A stretch of 64,000 nt of DNA from an uncultured Eubacteriales bacterium (GCA_900317085.1 ONFJ01000002.1:6818-70817); one strand, 5' to 3'; counted from the first letter of the stretch, positions 1 to 9,903 are shown. Translations and numbers: made by a program. Notes: generated by a model from the letters alone, not told the origin.

Positions 1-1
1 G

Positions 2-718
2 AGAGCCGAGGCCGAGAAGATCCTCGACAAGGCTCGCAGAGAAGCGGCGTTCTTCATGGACGACCTCGAAAAGCTGAAGAAAGAGCGCAAGCGCGCCGCG
101 GACCTGGCCCAGGTCTCGGCCGACGCGAAGCGGACCATCCGCAAACATGAAGACGCGCTCTATGACATCACACGGCCCATCGCCGCCGAAGAGGAAGACG
201 ATGACTACGAACTGCCCCGCCCGCTGAAGATCGGGGACAGCGTCCTCGTCAAGGACCTCGGTCCCGCCATGGTCTCGGCCCTGCCGGACAAGCGGGGACA
301 GGTCGAAGTGACCGCCGGCATCCTGAAGACCCGCGTGGACATCGGGCGCATCCGCCTCGACGACCAGAAGCGGGCGCAGAAAGCCCAGAATGCGGAGCGC
401 AAGCAGGAGCGCCGCCGGAACGTCGCCCGCGGTGGCGGCGGCTCGAGTTCCTTCGAACGGAAAGCCAACGCCAAAGTGGAGACGTCGGTCGACCTGCGGG
501 GCATGACCCAGGAAGAGGCCATCATGACCCTCGACCGGTTCCTCGACCTGCAGATCCGCTACGGCGTCGACTCCTTCACCGTCATCCACGGCAAGGGCAC
601 CGGCGTCCTGCGCAAAGCGGTCAAACGCTACCTCGATAACAACAAACGCGTGAAGTCCCACCGCCTCGGCGCCTACGGTGAAGGGGAGGACGGCGTCACG
701 ATCGTCAACCTGAAGTAA
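2..718 (+). CDS. mutS2: Endonuclease MutS2, C-terminal part (5' end upstream of window)
   Basis: Frame is open from the window edge. C-terminal Smr domain (VDLRGMTQEEA...VIHGKGTGVLRKAVKRYL...) follows a K/E-rich coiled segment. Confidence 0.85.
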   Translation, partial: RAEAEKILDKARREAAFFMDDLEKLKKERKRAADLAQVSADAKRTIRKHEDALYDITRPIAAEEEDDDYELPRPLKIGDSVLVKDLGPAMVSALPDKRGQVEVTAGILKTRVDIGRIRLDDQKRAQKAQNAERKQERRRNVARGGGGSSSFERKANAKVETSVDLRGMTQEEAIMTLDRFLDLQIRYGVDSFTVIHGKGTGVLRKAVKRYLDNNKRVKSHRLGAYGEGEDGVTIVNLK

Positions 719-728
719 GGAGAAGTCC

Positions 729-1565
729 ATGATCCACATCGGAGCCCATGTGTCCGTGGCCAAAGGCTGGGAGGCCATGGGGAAGACCACACTCGAACTC
801 GGAGGGGATACGTTTGCGTTCTTCCTGCGAAGTCCCCGAGGAGGCGCCGCGAAACCGGTCGTGCCGGAGGACGCCGCAGCCCTGCGGGCCATCATCGAAG
901 AGCACGGGTTCGGGACCATCGTCGCCCACGCCCCGTACACCATGAACCTGTGCGCCGTGAAGGAGTACGTGGTGGAACATGCCGAAGACGTCTTCCGCGG
1001 AGACCTCCAGAACCTCGAAGACTACCTGCCGGGGCAGTACATGAACTTCCACCCGGGCAGCCATGTGGGACAGGGCGCGGAGGTCGCCATCCCGCGTATT
1101 GCCGACGCGCTGAACCGCCTCATGGACCCGGGCCAGACGACCACCATCCTGCTGGAAACGATGGCAGGCAAAGGCAGCGAAGTGGGCCGCACGTTCGAAG
1201 AACTGCGGGACATCCTGGACCTCGTGAAGCCGGACCTGCAGGACCGCATGGGCGTATGTCTCGACACCTGCCACGTGTGGGACGCGGGGTACGACCTCTC
1301 GGACCTGGACGCAGTCCTCGACGAGTTTGACAAAGTACTCGGGTTACATCGCCTGAAGGCCATCCACCTTAACGACTCGAAAAACCCCTGCGGGGCCCAC
1401 AAGGACCGCCACGAGAAACTCGGACAGGGCTTCATCGGGGAGGAACGCCTGAAAGCGGTCGTCACGCACCCGAAACTGCAGGGTCTGCCCTTCATCCTGG
1501 AGACGCCGAACGAGCTCCCGGGGTACCGCAAAGAGATCGAAACCATCAAAAGGTGGCTCGTCTGA
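729..1565 (+). CDS. nfo: Deoxyribonuclease IV (endonuclease IV, AP endonuclease family 2)
   Basis: 278 aa. Motifs HIGAHVS, AHAPYTMNL, LETMAGKGSE, CLDTCH, HLNDSK and ILETP are typical of Nfo. Confidence 0.92.
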   Translation: MIHIGAHVSVAKGWEAMGKTTLELGGDTFAFFLRSPRGGAAKPVVPEDAAALRAIIEEHGFGTIVAHAPYTMNLCAVKEYVVEHAEDVFRGDLQNLEDYLPGQYMNFHPGSHVGQGAEVAIPRIADALNRLMDPGQTTTILLETMAGKGSEVGRTFEELRDILDLVKPDLQDRMGVCLDTCHVWDAGYDLSDLDAVLDEFDKVLGLHRLKAIHLNDSKNPCGAHKDRHEKLGQGFIGEERLKAVVTHPKLQGLPFILETPNELPGYRKEIETIKRWLV

Positions 1566-1661
1566 GTCGGCTTTTTTGCAAAGAATTGCTTACAAGTGTT
1601 GTTTTTTGTTAAACAATAGGGTTACAATAAGCGTTGGAAATTTTTTGGAGAATATGAGGAG

Positions 1662-2864
1662 ATGCAAAACAATATGAGAATAGTCAGGTCCATCGCCAAA
1701 CGGCTCACCGCAGCGCTGCTGCTGGTCTGTGTCTTTGCGGCGATGTATTCTCTGTCCGCATTTGCCGCCAGCAGTGAACGAGTCGTCAAGAAAAACTCCA
1801 AGGGCGTCTGGGTCTGTGTGAAAGACGGCAAAGTCGAGAAGTCGTACACGGGCATTGCCCACAACAAGTACGGCTGGTGGCGTATCAAAAAAGGCGTTGT
1901 CGATTTCAACGCGACCGGAGTCTGCTCCAACGAGTACGGCTGGTTCTACGTCAAGGACGGCAAGGTCGACTGGGAACACGACGGCCTCGAACACAACAAG
2001 TACGGCTGGTGGCGCATCCGCAACGGCCAGGTCGACTGGAGTGCCAACGGCGTCTTCCAGAACAAAAAGGGCTGGTGGTACGTCAAGCAGGGCTGTGTCG
2101 ACGAGAGCTACACGGGTCTCGCGTCCAACGGCCTCGGCAACTGGTACATCAAGAACGGCAAGGTCGACTTTAAAAAGAACGGCACCTACGAAAAGGGCGG
2201 CATCGAGTACAAGATCGTCAACGGCAAAGTCCAGAACAACGGTAAGGTCATCTACCTGACCTTCGACGACGGTCCCGCGGCTTACACCGACCAGCTGCTG
2301 GGTGTGCTCGACAAGTACGGTGTCAAGGCGACGTTCTTCGTCACGAACTGCTACCCGAGCTACCAGTACGACATCAAGAAAGAATACAACGCGGGCCACG
2401 CCGTCGCGGTCCACACATATACCCACAACTACGGCACCATCTACCGCAGCCCCGAGGCGTTCTGGACCGACCACGAGCGCATGCAGGAGGTCGTCGAGAA
2501 GCAGACCGGTCACCGCTCCGCCATGGTACGGTTCCCGGGCGGTACTTCCAACACGGTCAGCCGCCGGTACTGCCGCGGTGTCATGAGCACGATCTCGAAA
2601 CAGGCGGGACCGAGAGGCCTTACCTTCTACGACTGGAACGTCGACGCGGACGACGCGGGCAAGACCCGTACTTCGGATGGCGTCTTCAACAACATTACGA
2701 GTGGTGTCAAGTACCACGACCAGTCCCTCGTTCTGTGCCACGACGTCAAACCCTATACGGTGAACGCCATGGACCGCATCATCAAATGGTGTCTGCAGAA
2801 CGGCTACACCTTCCGCACCTGCCAGCCGGAAGGCTACACTTACCACCTGAGAGTGGCCAACTGA
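1662..2864 (+). CDS. Secreted polysaccharide deacetylase (NodB homology domain) with N-terminal cell-wall-binding repeats
   Basis: Signal-peptide-like N-terminus, then five or more about 20-aa repeats (GWWRIKKGVVDF, GWFYVKDGKVDW, GWWRIRNGQVDW, GWWYVKQGCVDE, NWYIKNGKVDF). The NodB motif VIYLTFDDGP...ATFFV follows. An alternative ATG at 1674 is possible. Confidence 0.85.
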   Translation: MQNNMRIVRSIAKRLTAALLLVCVFAAMYSLSAFAASSERVVKKNSKGVWVCVKDGKVEKSYTGIAHNKYGWWRIKKGVVDFNATGVCSNEYGWFYVKDGKVDWEHDGLEHNKYGWWRIRNGQVDWSANGVFQNKKGWWYVKQGCVDESYTGLASNGLGNWYIKNGKVDFKKNGTYEKGGIEYKIVNGKVQNNGKVIYLTFDDGPAAYTDQLLGVLDKYGVKATFFVTNCYPSYQYDIKKEYNAGHAVAVHTYTHNYGTIYRSPEAFWTDHERMQEVVEKQTGHRSAMVRFPGGTSNTVSRRYCRGVMSTISKQAGPRGLTFYDWNVDADDAGKTRTSDGVFNNITSGVKYHDQSLVLCHDVKPYTVNAMDRIIKWCLQNGYTFRTCQPEGYTYHLRVAN

Positions 2865-2872
2865 ATTTGAGC

Positions 2873-2908
2873 AAAAAACTTCCTGTCCGGGTGGACAGGA
2901 AGTTTTTT
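2873..2908. terminator. Bidirectional intrinsic terminator between convergent genes
   Basis: Stem AAAAAACTTCCTGTCC / GGACAGGAAGTTTTTT with a 4-nt loop. There is an A-run on one side and a T-run on the other. Confidence 0.85.
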
Positions 2909-2935
2909 GTTGTATTGGCTTTTGGTCTGGCGTCG

Positions 2936-5878
2936 TCAGCACTTGATGAGGAACTTCAGCTCATACGCCTTGTCTGAAGAGTACTTGAACTCGGGGGCGA
3001 TCCCGGGGCCGCAGGCGCCGGTGCCGATGCCCATCTGGAACGCGTTGATGGTGACGTAAGTGCCGGTGCGGACCTCGTCCTCCCGGTGCCTCATGTGCTT
3101 CAGCGCTTCGTCTGTGTAGGGCTTGATGTTCAGCTCGAAGGGTTTCTCCACCGCTTCGAAGGTGACCGTGGTGCTGCCGTCGGAAACGGCGGCGCAGGTG
3201 CAGTCGCAGCGGTTGCCGCTCTCCTGGGGCCGGATGTTCGGCTCGGTCATGTCGGCCACCTTGCAGGAGACCGTGCGGACCGGGAACTGCTCCTTCATGT
3301 CCGCGTAGCTCTCACCGGTGCGAGCCGTGTACGTGACGTCGTCGAAGCTCTCGTCGAGACGGAAGGACTTTGCGAAGCGGGGGAGTGTGCCGACGCCGAC
3401 CGTCTTGTGGATGCGGCTCGTGACGAGGATGCCCTCCGCAGTGCCTTCGTACAGGTCTTCCACGAGGTACTTGGCGATGCGGTTCTTCACCTCAGAAACC
3501 ACCTTGTATCCTGAGGCGGTCTTCTCGCAGGACTTCAGGGCCTCCTTCTGACCGTAATACGGCGGCATGTTGCTGTAGATGCCGAAGATGGAGTCGTTGT
3601 CCGTGCCGGCGCGGTAGAGGAGGGTGCCTTCGTCCGCGGTCGTCAGGGTCTTGCCATTCGGGAGCTTCAGGGTGAAGCGGCCGTTCTCGACGGAGGCTTC
3701 CGCCGGGAAGTTCGTGGCGGTCGGAGCGGGGATGCCCGCCTGTTTCAGGATGATGGAACCTTCGGAGACGACGGCATCCGCCTTCTTGTCCTTGACCACG
3801 ACGTCGGCAATCTGTGTGCCGTTCACCTCGGCGCCCAGCGGCACCGTGACGCGGACCTTCTGGAGCGGACCCGCGGTGACGGGGACGTCGACGGTGGTGC
3901 CGTCGTTCCAGGTGACGATCATCTGGTAACGATCGCCGTCCGAGAAGGCGGTCGTGTTGAACAGTTCGAATACATCGCCAAAGAGGTGGCGGAGCCGGAT
4001 GGGGCGGTAGATGAACTTGATGATCTTCGCACCGGCGGAGGGCGTGCGGTCCGGGTAGAACATGCCGTCGACACAGAAGTTGCCGTCGTTCACGTACTCG
4101 CCGTGGTCGCCGCCGTAGGTGTAGGAGCCGTCTTCGTGGAGGACCGCATGGTCCACCATTTCCCAGACACAGCCGCCGATGAGGTTGTCGTAGTGATAGA
4201 TCTCCTGCCAGTAGGCCTCTGTGTTGCCGGGGCCGACGCCCATGGCGTGGGCGTACTCGCACATGAAGTAGGGGCGGTCGTTCATCGGGGCCTGTTTGCA
4301 CCGGTGCTCGCCGATGTCATGCAGTTTGCTGACCGGTGGGTACATGTCGGAGCCGACGTCGTAGGCAATCCGCGCGCAGTGGACGGCGCTCTCGTAGTGG
4401 ACCGGCAGGGTGGAGACGGACTTCAAGTAGTCGTACATCGCGTCCGTGTTATGGTAGCCGCCGGCCTCGTTGCCGAGGGACCACATGACGATGGACGTGT
4501 TCGCGTGGACCTTGTCCCGCTCATACAGGCGCTTGATGCGCTCCATGTACCGGGGCAGCCACTGCGGGTCGTGGGAGATGGCGTTGTAGTCGCCGGGTTT
4601 GCTCAGCTGCATGACCGAGGTGGCGTGGGTCTCGAGGTCGTTCTCGTCGACGATGTAGATGCCCAGCTCATCCGCGAGTTCGAGGAGCAGCGGGTCAGAG
4701 GGGTAGTGGGACGTGCGGACCGTGTCGATGTTGAACTCCTTGCAGAGGAGCAGATCGCGCTCGATGTCGTCCGGGGTCATCGTGTAGCCGTTCGTGCAGG
4801 ACGTGTCGTGGTGGTTGACGCCCTTGAACTTGATCTTCTTCCCGTTGACGAGGAAGAGGTCTTTTTTGATCTCGACGGTCTTGAACCCGATGCGCTCCTT
4901 GACGCAGGCCGTCTCCGTCTCATAGTAAATGTCGTAAAGGGTCGGGTCTTCGGCGTTCCATTCGGTGACGTCGAGGTCTTCGAAGGTGGCGGTCGCTGTC
5001 CTGCCGACGACGCTCACAGTCTTTGTCTCCTTGAGGCCGTGGCCTTCGAGGGAGAACGTGACGTCGGTGTCCCCGCGGGTGGTGGCGGAGAGGGTCAGGG
5101 AGTACTTGTCCCCGGTCTTCTTCGTGACGGCGTCGATGTCCTTGATGTCCGTGGGCTCATCGATGCGGAGCAGTACATCGCGGAAGATGCCGTTGTTGCG
5201 GAACATGTCCTGGTCCTCAAGGTACGTGCCGGTGCACCAGCGGTGGACGACGGCCAGCAGCTCGTTCTCGCCCTTCACCAGTTTGTCGGAGAGGTCGAAC
5301 TCGGCGGTGTTGTGCGCGCCTTCGGAGTATCCGACGAACTTGCCGTTCAGGTAGAGGTCCAGGCAGCTCGCGACACCGAGGAACGAGATGACATAGTTCT
5401 TGTCCGGGTCCTCGATGGTGATGCTGCGGCGATACACGCCCACAAAGTTGTACTCCTCACCGGGGTCCACGGTCCGCGGACCGATGCCCTTGTCCGCGCC
5501 CAGGATGTAGAAGAGCTTCCCGACCTTTTCGGTCTTCGGGATGTGGGGCGGGTCGAAGGGGAACTGGTACCGGATGTTCACGTAGAACGGCCGGTCATAG
5601 CCCCGGAACTGCCAGCAGGAGGGGACGTCGATGGTGTCGAAGGACACGGCATCGGTGTCGAACTCGATCGGGAGTTCCGCCGGTCTCGGGTAGAACTTGA
5701 AGTCCCAGTCGCCGTTCAGGCACAGGACTTTCTCCGACGCGTAGCGTTTCTCCTTCGGAGAGACCGCGTCGGCTTTCTTGCGGTCCGGGTAGGGGATGAA
5801 GTAGCTCCTGCCCGGGAGTTTATTGACTTCGACGGTGTTGAAGTCCCAGTAATTGGTGGTGTTCAGACGGTATTTCAT
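2936..5878 (-). CDS. lacZ: Beta-galactosidase, glycoside hydrolase family 2
   Basis: 980 aa, colinear with the GH2 LacZ architecture (WSLGNEAG, CEYAHAMG motifs; C-terminal small-chain domain). ATGA start/stop overlap with the upstream gene. Confidence 0.92.
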   Translation of the reverse strand: MKYRLNTTNYWDFNTVEVNKLPGRSYFIPYPDRKKADAVSPKEKRYASEKVLCLNGDWDFKFYPRPAELPIEFDTDAVSFDTIDVPSCWQFRGYDRPFYVNIRYQFPFDPPHIPKTEKVGKLFYILGADKGIGPRTVDPGEEYNFVGVYRRSITIEDPDKNYVISFLGVASCLDLYLNGKFVGYSEGAHNTAEFDLSDKLVKGENELLAVVHRWCTGTYLEDQDMFRNNGIFRDVLLRIDEPTDIKDIDAVTKKTGDKYSLTLSATTRGDTDVTFSLEGHGLKETKTVSVVGRTATATFEDLDVTEWNAEDPTLYDIYYETETACVKERIGFKTVEIKKDLFLVNGKKIKFKGVNHHDTSCTNGYTMTPDDIERDLLLCKEFNIDTVRTSHYPSDPLLLELADELGIYIVDENDLETHATSVMQLSKPGDYNAISHDPQWLPRYMERIKRLYERDKVHANTSIVMWSLGNEAGGYHNTDAMYDYLKSVSTLPVHYESAVHCARIAYDVGSDMYPPVSKLHDIGEHRCKQAPMNDRPYFMCEYAHAMGVGPGNTEAYWQEIYHYDNLIGGCVWEMVDHAVLHEDGSYTYGGDHGEYVNDGNFCVDGMFYPDRTPSAGAKIIKFIYRPIRLRHLFGDVFELFNTTAFSDGDRYQMIVTWNDGTTVDVPVTAGPLQKVRVTVPLGAEVNGTQIADVVVKDKKADAVVSEGSIILKQAGIPAPTATNFPAEASVENGRFTLKLPNGKTLTTADEGTLLYRAGTDNDSIFGIYSNMPPYYGQKEALKSCEKTASGYKVVSEVKNRIAKYLVEDLYEGTAEGILVTSRIHKTVGVGTLPRFAKSFRLDESFDDVTYTARTGESYADMKEQFPVRTVSCKVADMTEPNIRPQESGNRCDCTCAAVSDGSTTVTFEAVEKPFELNIKPYTDEALKHMRHREDEVRTGTYVTINAFQMGIGTGACGPGIAPEFKYSSDKAYELKFLIKC

Positions 5879-6408
5879 TGTCTGTCCTCCGTTTCCAGTA
5901 TTTCCAGAAGTGGTAAGTACGGTGCCAGTGCATCGCCCCAGTCCTTACAAAGACGCTCCAGGGAGAACGCGGCGTTGGCCGGGCTCGTGGAGGGCACCTT
6001 GATGGAGGGGATGCCGGTGACGGGGTAGATGTACTTTTTGTAGAGGTCCGTGGACTTCGCGCCGTTCGTGAAGATGGCCTCGATGCGCGCGGTCTCCAGG
6101 ATGACCGAGAGGTCGTTCGGCACGACGTCCGTGATGGAACTGTCCGAGGACCCGGTGATGGTGCAGCTGCCGATGGTGTCCCACATGGCGATATGGTGCC
6201 TGTGCATCATGGCGGCTTTTTCTTCGACGGTCTCGGGGAGAGGCTCGCCGAGGAGCGTGGGCATCACCTTCCAGTACCGGTTCTGCGGGTGGCCGTAGAA
6301 GAACGCGGCTTCCCGGGAGGCGATGGACGGGAAACTCCCCAGCACTAAAATGCGGGAGTTCTCATCGTAGAGGGGAGGGATGTTGTGGACCTGCTTCGCG
6401 GCCTCCAT
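5875..6408 (-). CDS. DNA-deoxyinosine (hypoxanthine) glycosylase, UDG superfamily family 6-like
   Basis: 177 aa. ILVLGSFPSIASREAAFFYGHPQNRYWKVM matches my recollection of the HDG/UDG-family N-terminal motif. Confidence 0.7.
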   Translation of the reverse strand: MEAAKQVHNIPPLYDENSRILVLGSFPSIASREAAFFYGHPQNRYWKVMPTLLGEPLPETVEEKAAMMHRHHIAMWDTIGSCTITGSSDSSITDVVPNDLSVILETARIEAIFTNGAKSTDLYKKYIYPVTGIPSIKVPSTSPANAAFSLERLCKDWGDALAPYLPLLEILETEDRQ

Positions 6409-6798
6409 TCAGTGGTGCTCCTGCTCGACGACGCAGGTGTTCTTGATGGTCCCGACGAGGGACTGCAGCGCGTCGACGACGTGGGGCCGGATGTCTCCGC
6501 CGATGAGGACGTACATGATGTCGTCCCCGACCTCAAGCTCCCCTTCGGCGAGCCAGGTGCGGATATAGTAGATGCCGGGCATGTTGTACGTCTCTTCGAT
6601 GGCGGCGTCCACCTTTTCCTTGTCATAGGAGAAGGTCATGCCGGTGACCTGGGGAGCGCTTTCGTCGCCTCCCCGGACTTTCGCTTTCGCGTCCTCCCGG
6701 ACGACTCCGTTGTGGACGAGATACATGCCGCACTTCGCGGCGGTCTCATCCGCTTTGGCCTCCTTCAGCCACTGGTCCATCGACGGTATCTGTTTCAT
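6409..6798 (-). CDS. MoaE-like small protein (molybdopterin synthase large-subunit fold)
   Basis: 129 aa, starting at an ATG at 6798 inside the long 6409..8088 track ORF. The upstream part of that ORF is antisense to the next gene. Family call is from general similarity only. Confidence 0.5.
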   Translation of the reverse strand: MKQIPSMDQWLKEAKADETAAKCGMYLVHNGVVREDAKAKVRGGDESAPQVTGMTFSYDKEKVDAAIEETYNMPGIYYIRTWLAEGELEVGDDIMYVLIGGDIRPHVVDALQSLVGTIKNTCVVEQEHH

Positions 6799-6891
6799 GG
6801 TCGTTCCCTCCTGAACATTACTAAAAGTATTGTACACGAAAACGTTGCGCAATGCTATAATACAGGTACTGTAAGAAAAGGAGTTTGCACC

Positions 6892-8097
6892 GTGAGCATC
6901 GAGTCCGACTTTTTCCGCAGAATGGAACCCGTCTACGAGAACCTGGAGCCCTTCGGCTTTACCCGGGACGGGGACGTCTATACATACATCACCGACTTCC
7001 AGGACGGCGCCTTCCGGGTCGAAGTGACGGTGGCCGAACCGGAGGAACACACGGACGGGGAACCGGACGTGTTCGTCACCGGCAGGGTCATCGACACAGA
7101 CCTCGGAGAGGAGTACATGCCCCTGCGCAGCCCCACCGCCATCGGCGCGTTCGTGGGCCAGGTGCGGGAGGACTACGCCGCCATCCTGACGCCGATCGCC
7201 GACCGGTGCTTCCGGCCGCTGCCGTTCCTCTTCGACCAGTCGAACCGCATTGCGCGCCGGGTCCGAAAAACCTACGGAGACGGGGTGGAGCACACCTTCC
7301 CGAAGTACCCGGATGTCGGGGTCTTCCGCGATGGACCGACCCAGAAGTGGTATGGCATCGTCATGGCGGTCTCGAGGGCGCGCCTCGAACGGCTGAGCGC
7401 CGAGAAACTGGCGAAAGACCGCGGCGAGAAACTGCCGCCGGAGAAGAAGGCGAAGGGGAGCACGCCCCAGGACAACGACGCACACCCGGAAGATGAGATC
7501 GAAGTGCTGAACGTCAAGCTGGACCCCGTGAAGATCCCGGTCCTCGAACAGGCGGACGGTTTTTATCCCTGCTACCACATGAACCGGAAACACTGGATCA
7601 CGGTGGCGCTCGACGGCTCGGTCTCGGACGACTACATCATGGAACTTCTCGAGGAGAGCCGGACCCTGTCCATCCGGAAGGCGAAGTCTTCCGGGCCCTC
7701 GTCCCGCCGGGTGCCCGGCGAGCCCCTCGAGTGGTTCGTGCCGGCCAACCCGAAGTACTATGACATCGAGGACGCGTTCTCTCATCAGGACGAAATCTAC
7801 TGGAAACAGGGCGGCAAATTCGAGCCCGGCGACATCGCGTACATGTACGTCGGCGCGCCGGCGTCCGCCATCCTCTACAAATGTGTCGTGACCGAGACCT
7901 TCTGCGGCACTTACACGAACCACAAGGGCAAGACCTGCAACATGATGAAGATCCGCAAACTCGAAGAATACGACCGAAGCCTCCTGCCCTGGTCCGTCAT
8001 CAAAACCACCGGGATCGGGACGGCGCAGGGGACCAAATACATCAATCCGAAGCTGAAGGAACTCATCGCCAAAACACTCGAAGAACACCGTGGCTGA
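6892..8097 (+). CDS. MmcQ/YjbR-family DNA-binding domain protein fused to a C-terminal PUA/EVE-like domain
   Basis: GTG at 6892, preceded by AAGGAG at 6872-6877. The central region (KWYGIVMAV...YHMNRKHWITVALDG...) is YjbR-like. The C-terminus (WFVPANPKYYDIEDAF...WKQGGKFEPGDIAYMYVGAP) is EVE/PUA-like from memory. Confidence 0.6.
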   Translation: MSIESDFFRRMEPVYENLEPFGFTRDGDVYTYITDFQDGAFRVEVTVAEPEEHTDGEPDVFVTGRVIDTDLGEEYMPLRSPTAIGAFVGQVREDYAAILTPIADRCFRPLPFLFDQSNRIARRVRKTYGDGVEHTFPKYPDVGVFRDGPTQKWYGIVMAVSRARLERLSAEKLAKDRGEKLPPEKKAKGSTPQDNDAHPEDEIEVLNVKLDPVKIPVLEQADGFYPCYHMNRKHWITVALDGSVSDDYIMELLEESRTLSIRKAKSSGPSSRRVPGEPLEWFVPANPKYYDIEDAFSHQDEIYWKQGGKFEPGDIAYMYVGAPASAILYKCVVTETFCGTYTNHKGKTCNMMKIRKLEEYDRSLLPWSVIKTTGIGTAQGTKYINPKLKELIAKTLEEHRG

Positions 8098-8116
8098 GCA
8101 TGGGGAGGGACACGTT

Positions 8117-8827
8117 ATGACCGAACTTCAAAAGCGCCTGTTCGCGATGCAGGACACCGGGTACCGGGACTTTCAGATGAAAGTGATCCCGTCCGTGCCG
8201 GAAGAGCGCGTCGTCGGGGTGCGCACCCCGGCTCTGCGCAAGCTGGCGAAAGACCTGCGGAAGCAGGAAACCGAACTGGCAGACGCGTTTCTCGGCGAGT
8301 TGCCGCATGCCTATTTCGACGAGGACCAGCTCCACGCGTTCCTCATCAGCCTGGAGAAGGACTACGGAACGTGCATCGCCCAAGTGAACGCGTTCCTGCC
8401 GTATGTCGACAACTGGGCGACCTGTGACCAGCTGTCCCCGAAGGTGTTCGGAAAGCACAAAGAGGAACTGCTTTCGGAGACCGACCGCTGGATGGCGTCG
8501 GACCACGCCTACACGGTGCGCTTCGGCATGGGCATGCTGATGCAGTGGTTTCTCGACGAGGACTTCCGTCCGGAGTACCCGGAGCGGGTGGCGGCTGTAC
8601 AGTTCCAAAACGGTGACGAGGTCGACGAATACTACGTCAATATGATGCGGGCCTGGTACTTCGCGACGGCGCTCGCGAAACAGTACGACGCGGTCCTGCC
8701 GCTGATCGAGGCCCGGGCACTCGACCCCTGGACGCACAACAAGGCGATCCAGAAATCTGTGGAGAGCTACCGGATCACCGAGGAACAGAAAGCGTATCTC
8801 AAGACGCTGAAAGTGAAGAAGAAATAA
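8117..8827 (+). CDS. DNA alkylation repair protein (AlkD-like HEAT-repeat glycosylase family)
   Basis: ATG at 8117, preceded by GGGGAGGGA. The N-terminus LQKRLFAMQDTGYRDFQMKVIP...VGVRTPALRKLAK is typical of the family. Confidence 0.8.
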   Translation: MTELQKRLFAMQDTGYRDFQMKVIPSVPEERVVGVRTPALRKLAKDLRKQETELADAFLGELPHAYFDEDQLHAFLISLEKDYGTCIAQVNAFLPYVDNWATCDQLSPKVFGKHKEELLSETDRWMASDHAYTVRFGMGMLMQWFLDEDFRPEYPERVAAVQFQNGDEVDEYYVNMMRAWYFATALAKQYDAVLPLIEARALDPWTHNKAIQKSVESYRITEEQKAYLKTLKVKKK

Positions 8828-8838
8828 GGGGAGAGACC

Positions 8839-9414
8839 ATGACCGAATTCGAACGCATGGAGAAGGGTCTTCTCTATGACTGCAATGATCAAGATATCCT
8901 GAAGGTCCAGCTGCCCTTCGTGGAAAAGCACTGGGACTTCAACCAGCTGCGCCCGACGGACTTCGACGGCAAACAGGCTTTCATGAAAGAGGTATTCGCC
9001 GAGTGCGGGGAGAACTGTTACATTGAGTTGCCGTTCCGCGCCAACTGGGGCGGCGCCCACCTCCATCTCGGGAACGACGTGTTCATCAACTTCAACCTGA
9101 CCGCGGTGGATGACGGCCACATCTACATCGGCGACAAGGTGCTCATCGCGCCCAACGTGACCCTGACGACCGCCGCGCATCCGGTGGACCCGGACCTGCG
9201 GGCGAAGGGCCTGCAGTTCAACAAGGACATCCACATCGGGAACAACGTATGGATCGGCGCCGGCGCCATCGTTCTTCCCGGCGTCACCATCGGTGAAAAC
9301 TCCGTCATCGGCGCCGGCAGCGTCGTGACGAAGGATATCCCCGCAAACGTCGTCGCGGTCGGCAACCCCTGCCGCGTGATGCGGGAGATCGGGGAAGAGG
9401 AGCAGGAGAGATAA
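8839..9414 (+). CDS. maa: Sugar (maltose/galactoside) O-acetyltransferase, left-handed beta-helix
   Basis: 191 aa with a Mac N-terminal domain and hexapeptide repeats (IGNNVWIGAGAIVLPGVTIGENSVIGAGSVV). Confidence 0.88.
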   Translation: MTEFERMEKGLLYDCNDQDILKVQLPFVEKHWDFNQLRPTDFDGKQAFMKEVFAECGENCYIELPFRANWGGAHLHLGNDVFINFNLTAVDDGHIYIGDKVLIAPNVTLTTAAHPVDPDLRAKGLQFNKDIHIGNNVWIGAGAIVLPGVTIGENSVIGAGSVVTKDIPANVVAVGNPCRVMREIGEEEQER

Positions 9415-9890
9415 TGGCAGAAGAAAAAACCAATGTCATGCGGACACTGGAACAGAAAAAGGTCCCGTACACAGCGCACTGCTATGTCGAGACCGGGGAG
9501 ACGAACGGCGTGAAAGTGGCCGCTCTGCTCGGCGAACCGCCGGAGCGTGTATTCAAAACTCTGGTCACGGTCGGGAAGACGGGGAAGAACTATGTCTTCG
9601 TCATACCGGTCGCGGAAGAACTGGACCTCAAGAAGGCAGCCAAAGCCGTCGGGGAGAAGTCGATCGCCATGATCAAGGCGAAGGAACTCCTGCCGCTCAC
9701 CGGTTATGTCCACGGCGGCTGTTCCCCGATCGGCATGAAGAAGTTCTTCCGGACGACCATCCATGCGTCGGCCAAAGACTGCCCGACCTTTTATGTGTCC
9801 GCCGGGAAGATCGGCTACCAGATCCAGCTGGCGCCGGCGGACCTTGCCCGTGTCATCCGCTTTGACTACGCGGACCTCATCGTGGAGTAA
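9414..9890 (+). CDS. ybaK: Cys-tRNA(Pro)/Cys-tRNA(Cys) deacylase YbaK
   Basis: 158 aa with YbaK/EbsC-family features (KTLV..., HGGCSPIG). Confidence 0.85.
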   Translation: MAEEKTNVMRTLEQKKVPYTAHCYVETGETNGVKVAALLGEPPERVFKTLVTVGKTGKNYVFVIPVAEELDLKKAAKAVGEKSIAMIKAKELLPLTGYVHGGCSPIGMKKFFRTTIHASAKDCPTFYVSAGKIGYQIQLAPADLARVIRFDYADLIVE

Positions 9891-9903
9891 CTCCGAGAAC
9901 AAA

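Noticed and set aside
3986-6028. 680-aa plus-strand ORF, together with 1590..2942(-), 16156..17895(-), 18928..20721(-), 21010..22158(-), 24149..25459(-), 26845..28530(+), 33147..35015(-), 33923..35455(+), 47723..49537(-), 54993..56372(+) and 58350..59810(-).
   Set aside because: Each is antisense to, or frame-shifted over, a gene with clear homology motifs. They show Arg/Gly/Asp/Val-rich shadow composition and none has a convincing RBS.
6385-8097. Full-length track ORFs 6385..8097(+) and 6409..8088(-) that overlap each other almost completely.
   Set aside because: Only the 3' parts are real: + from GTG 6892 with an AAGGAG RBS, and - from ATG 6798. The 5' extensions run antisense through the neighbouring gene and through the AT-rich divergent promoter region.
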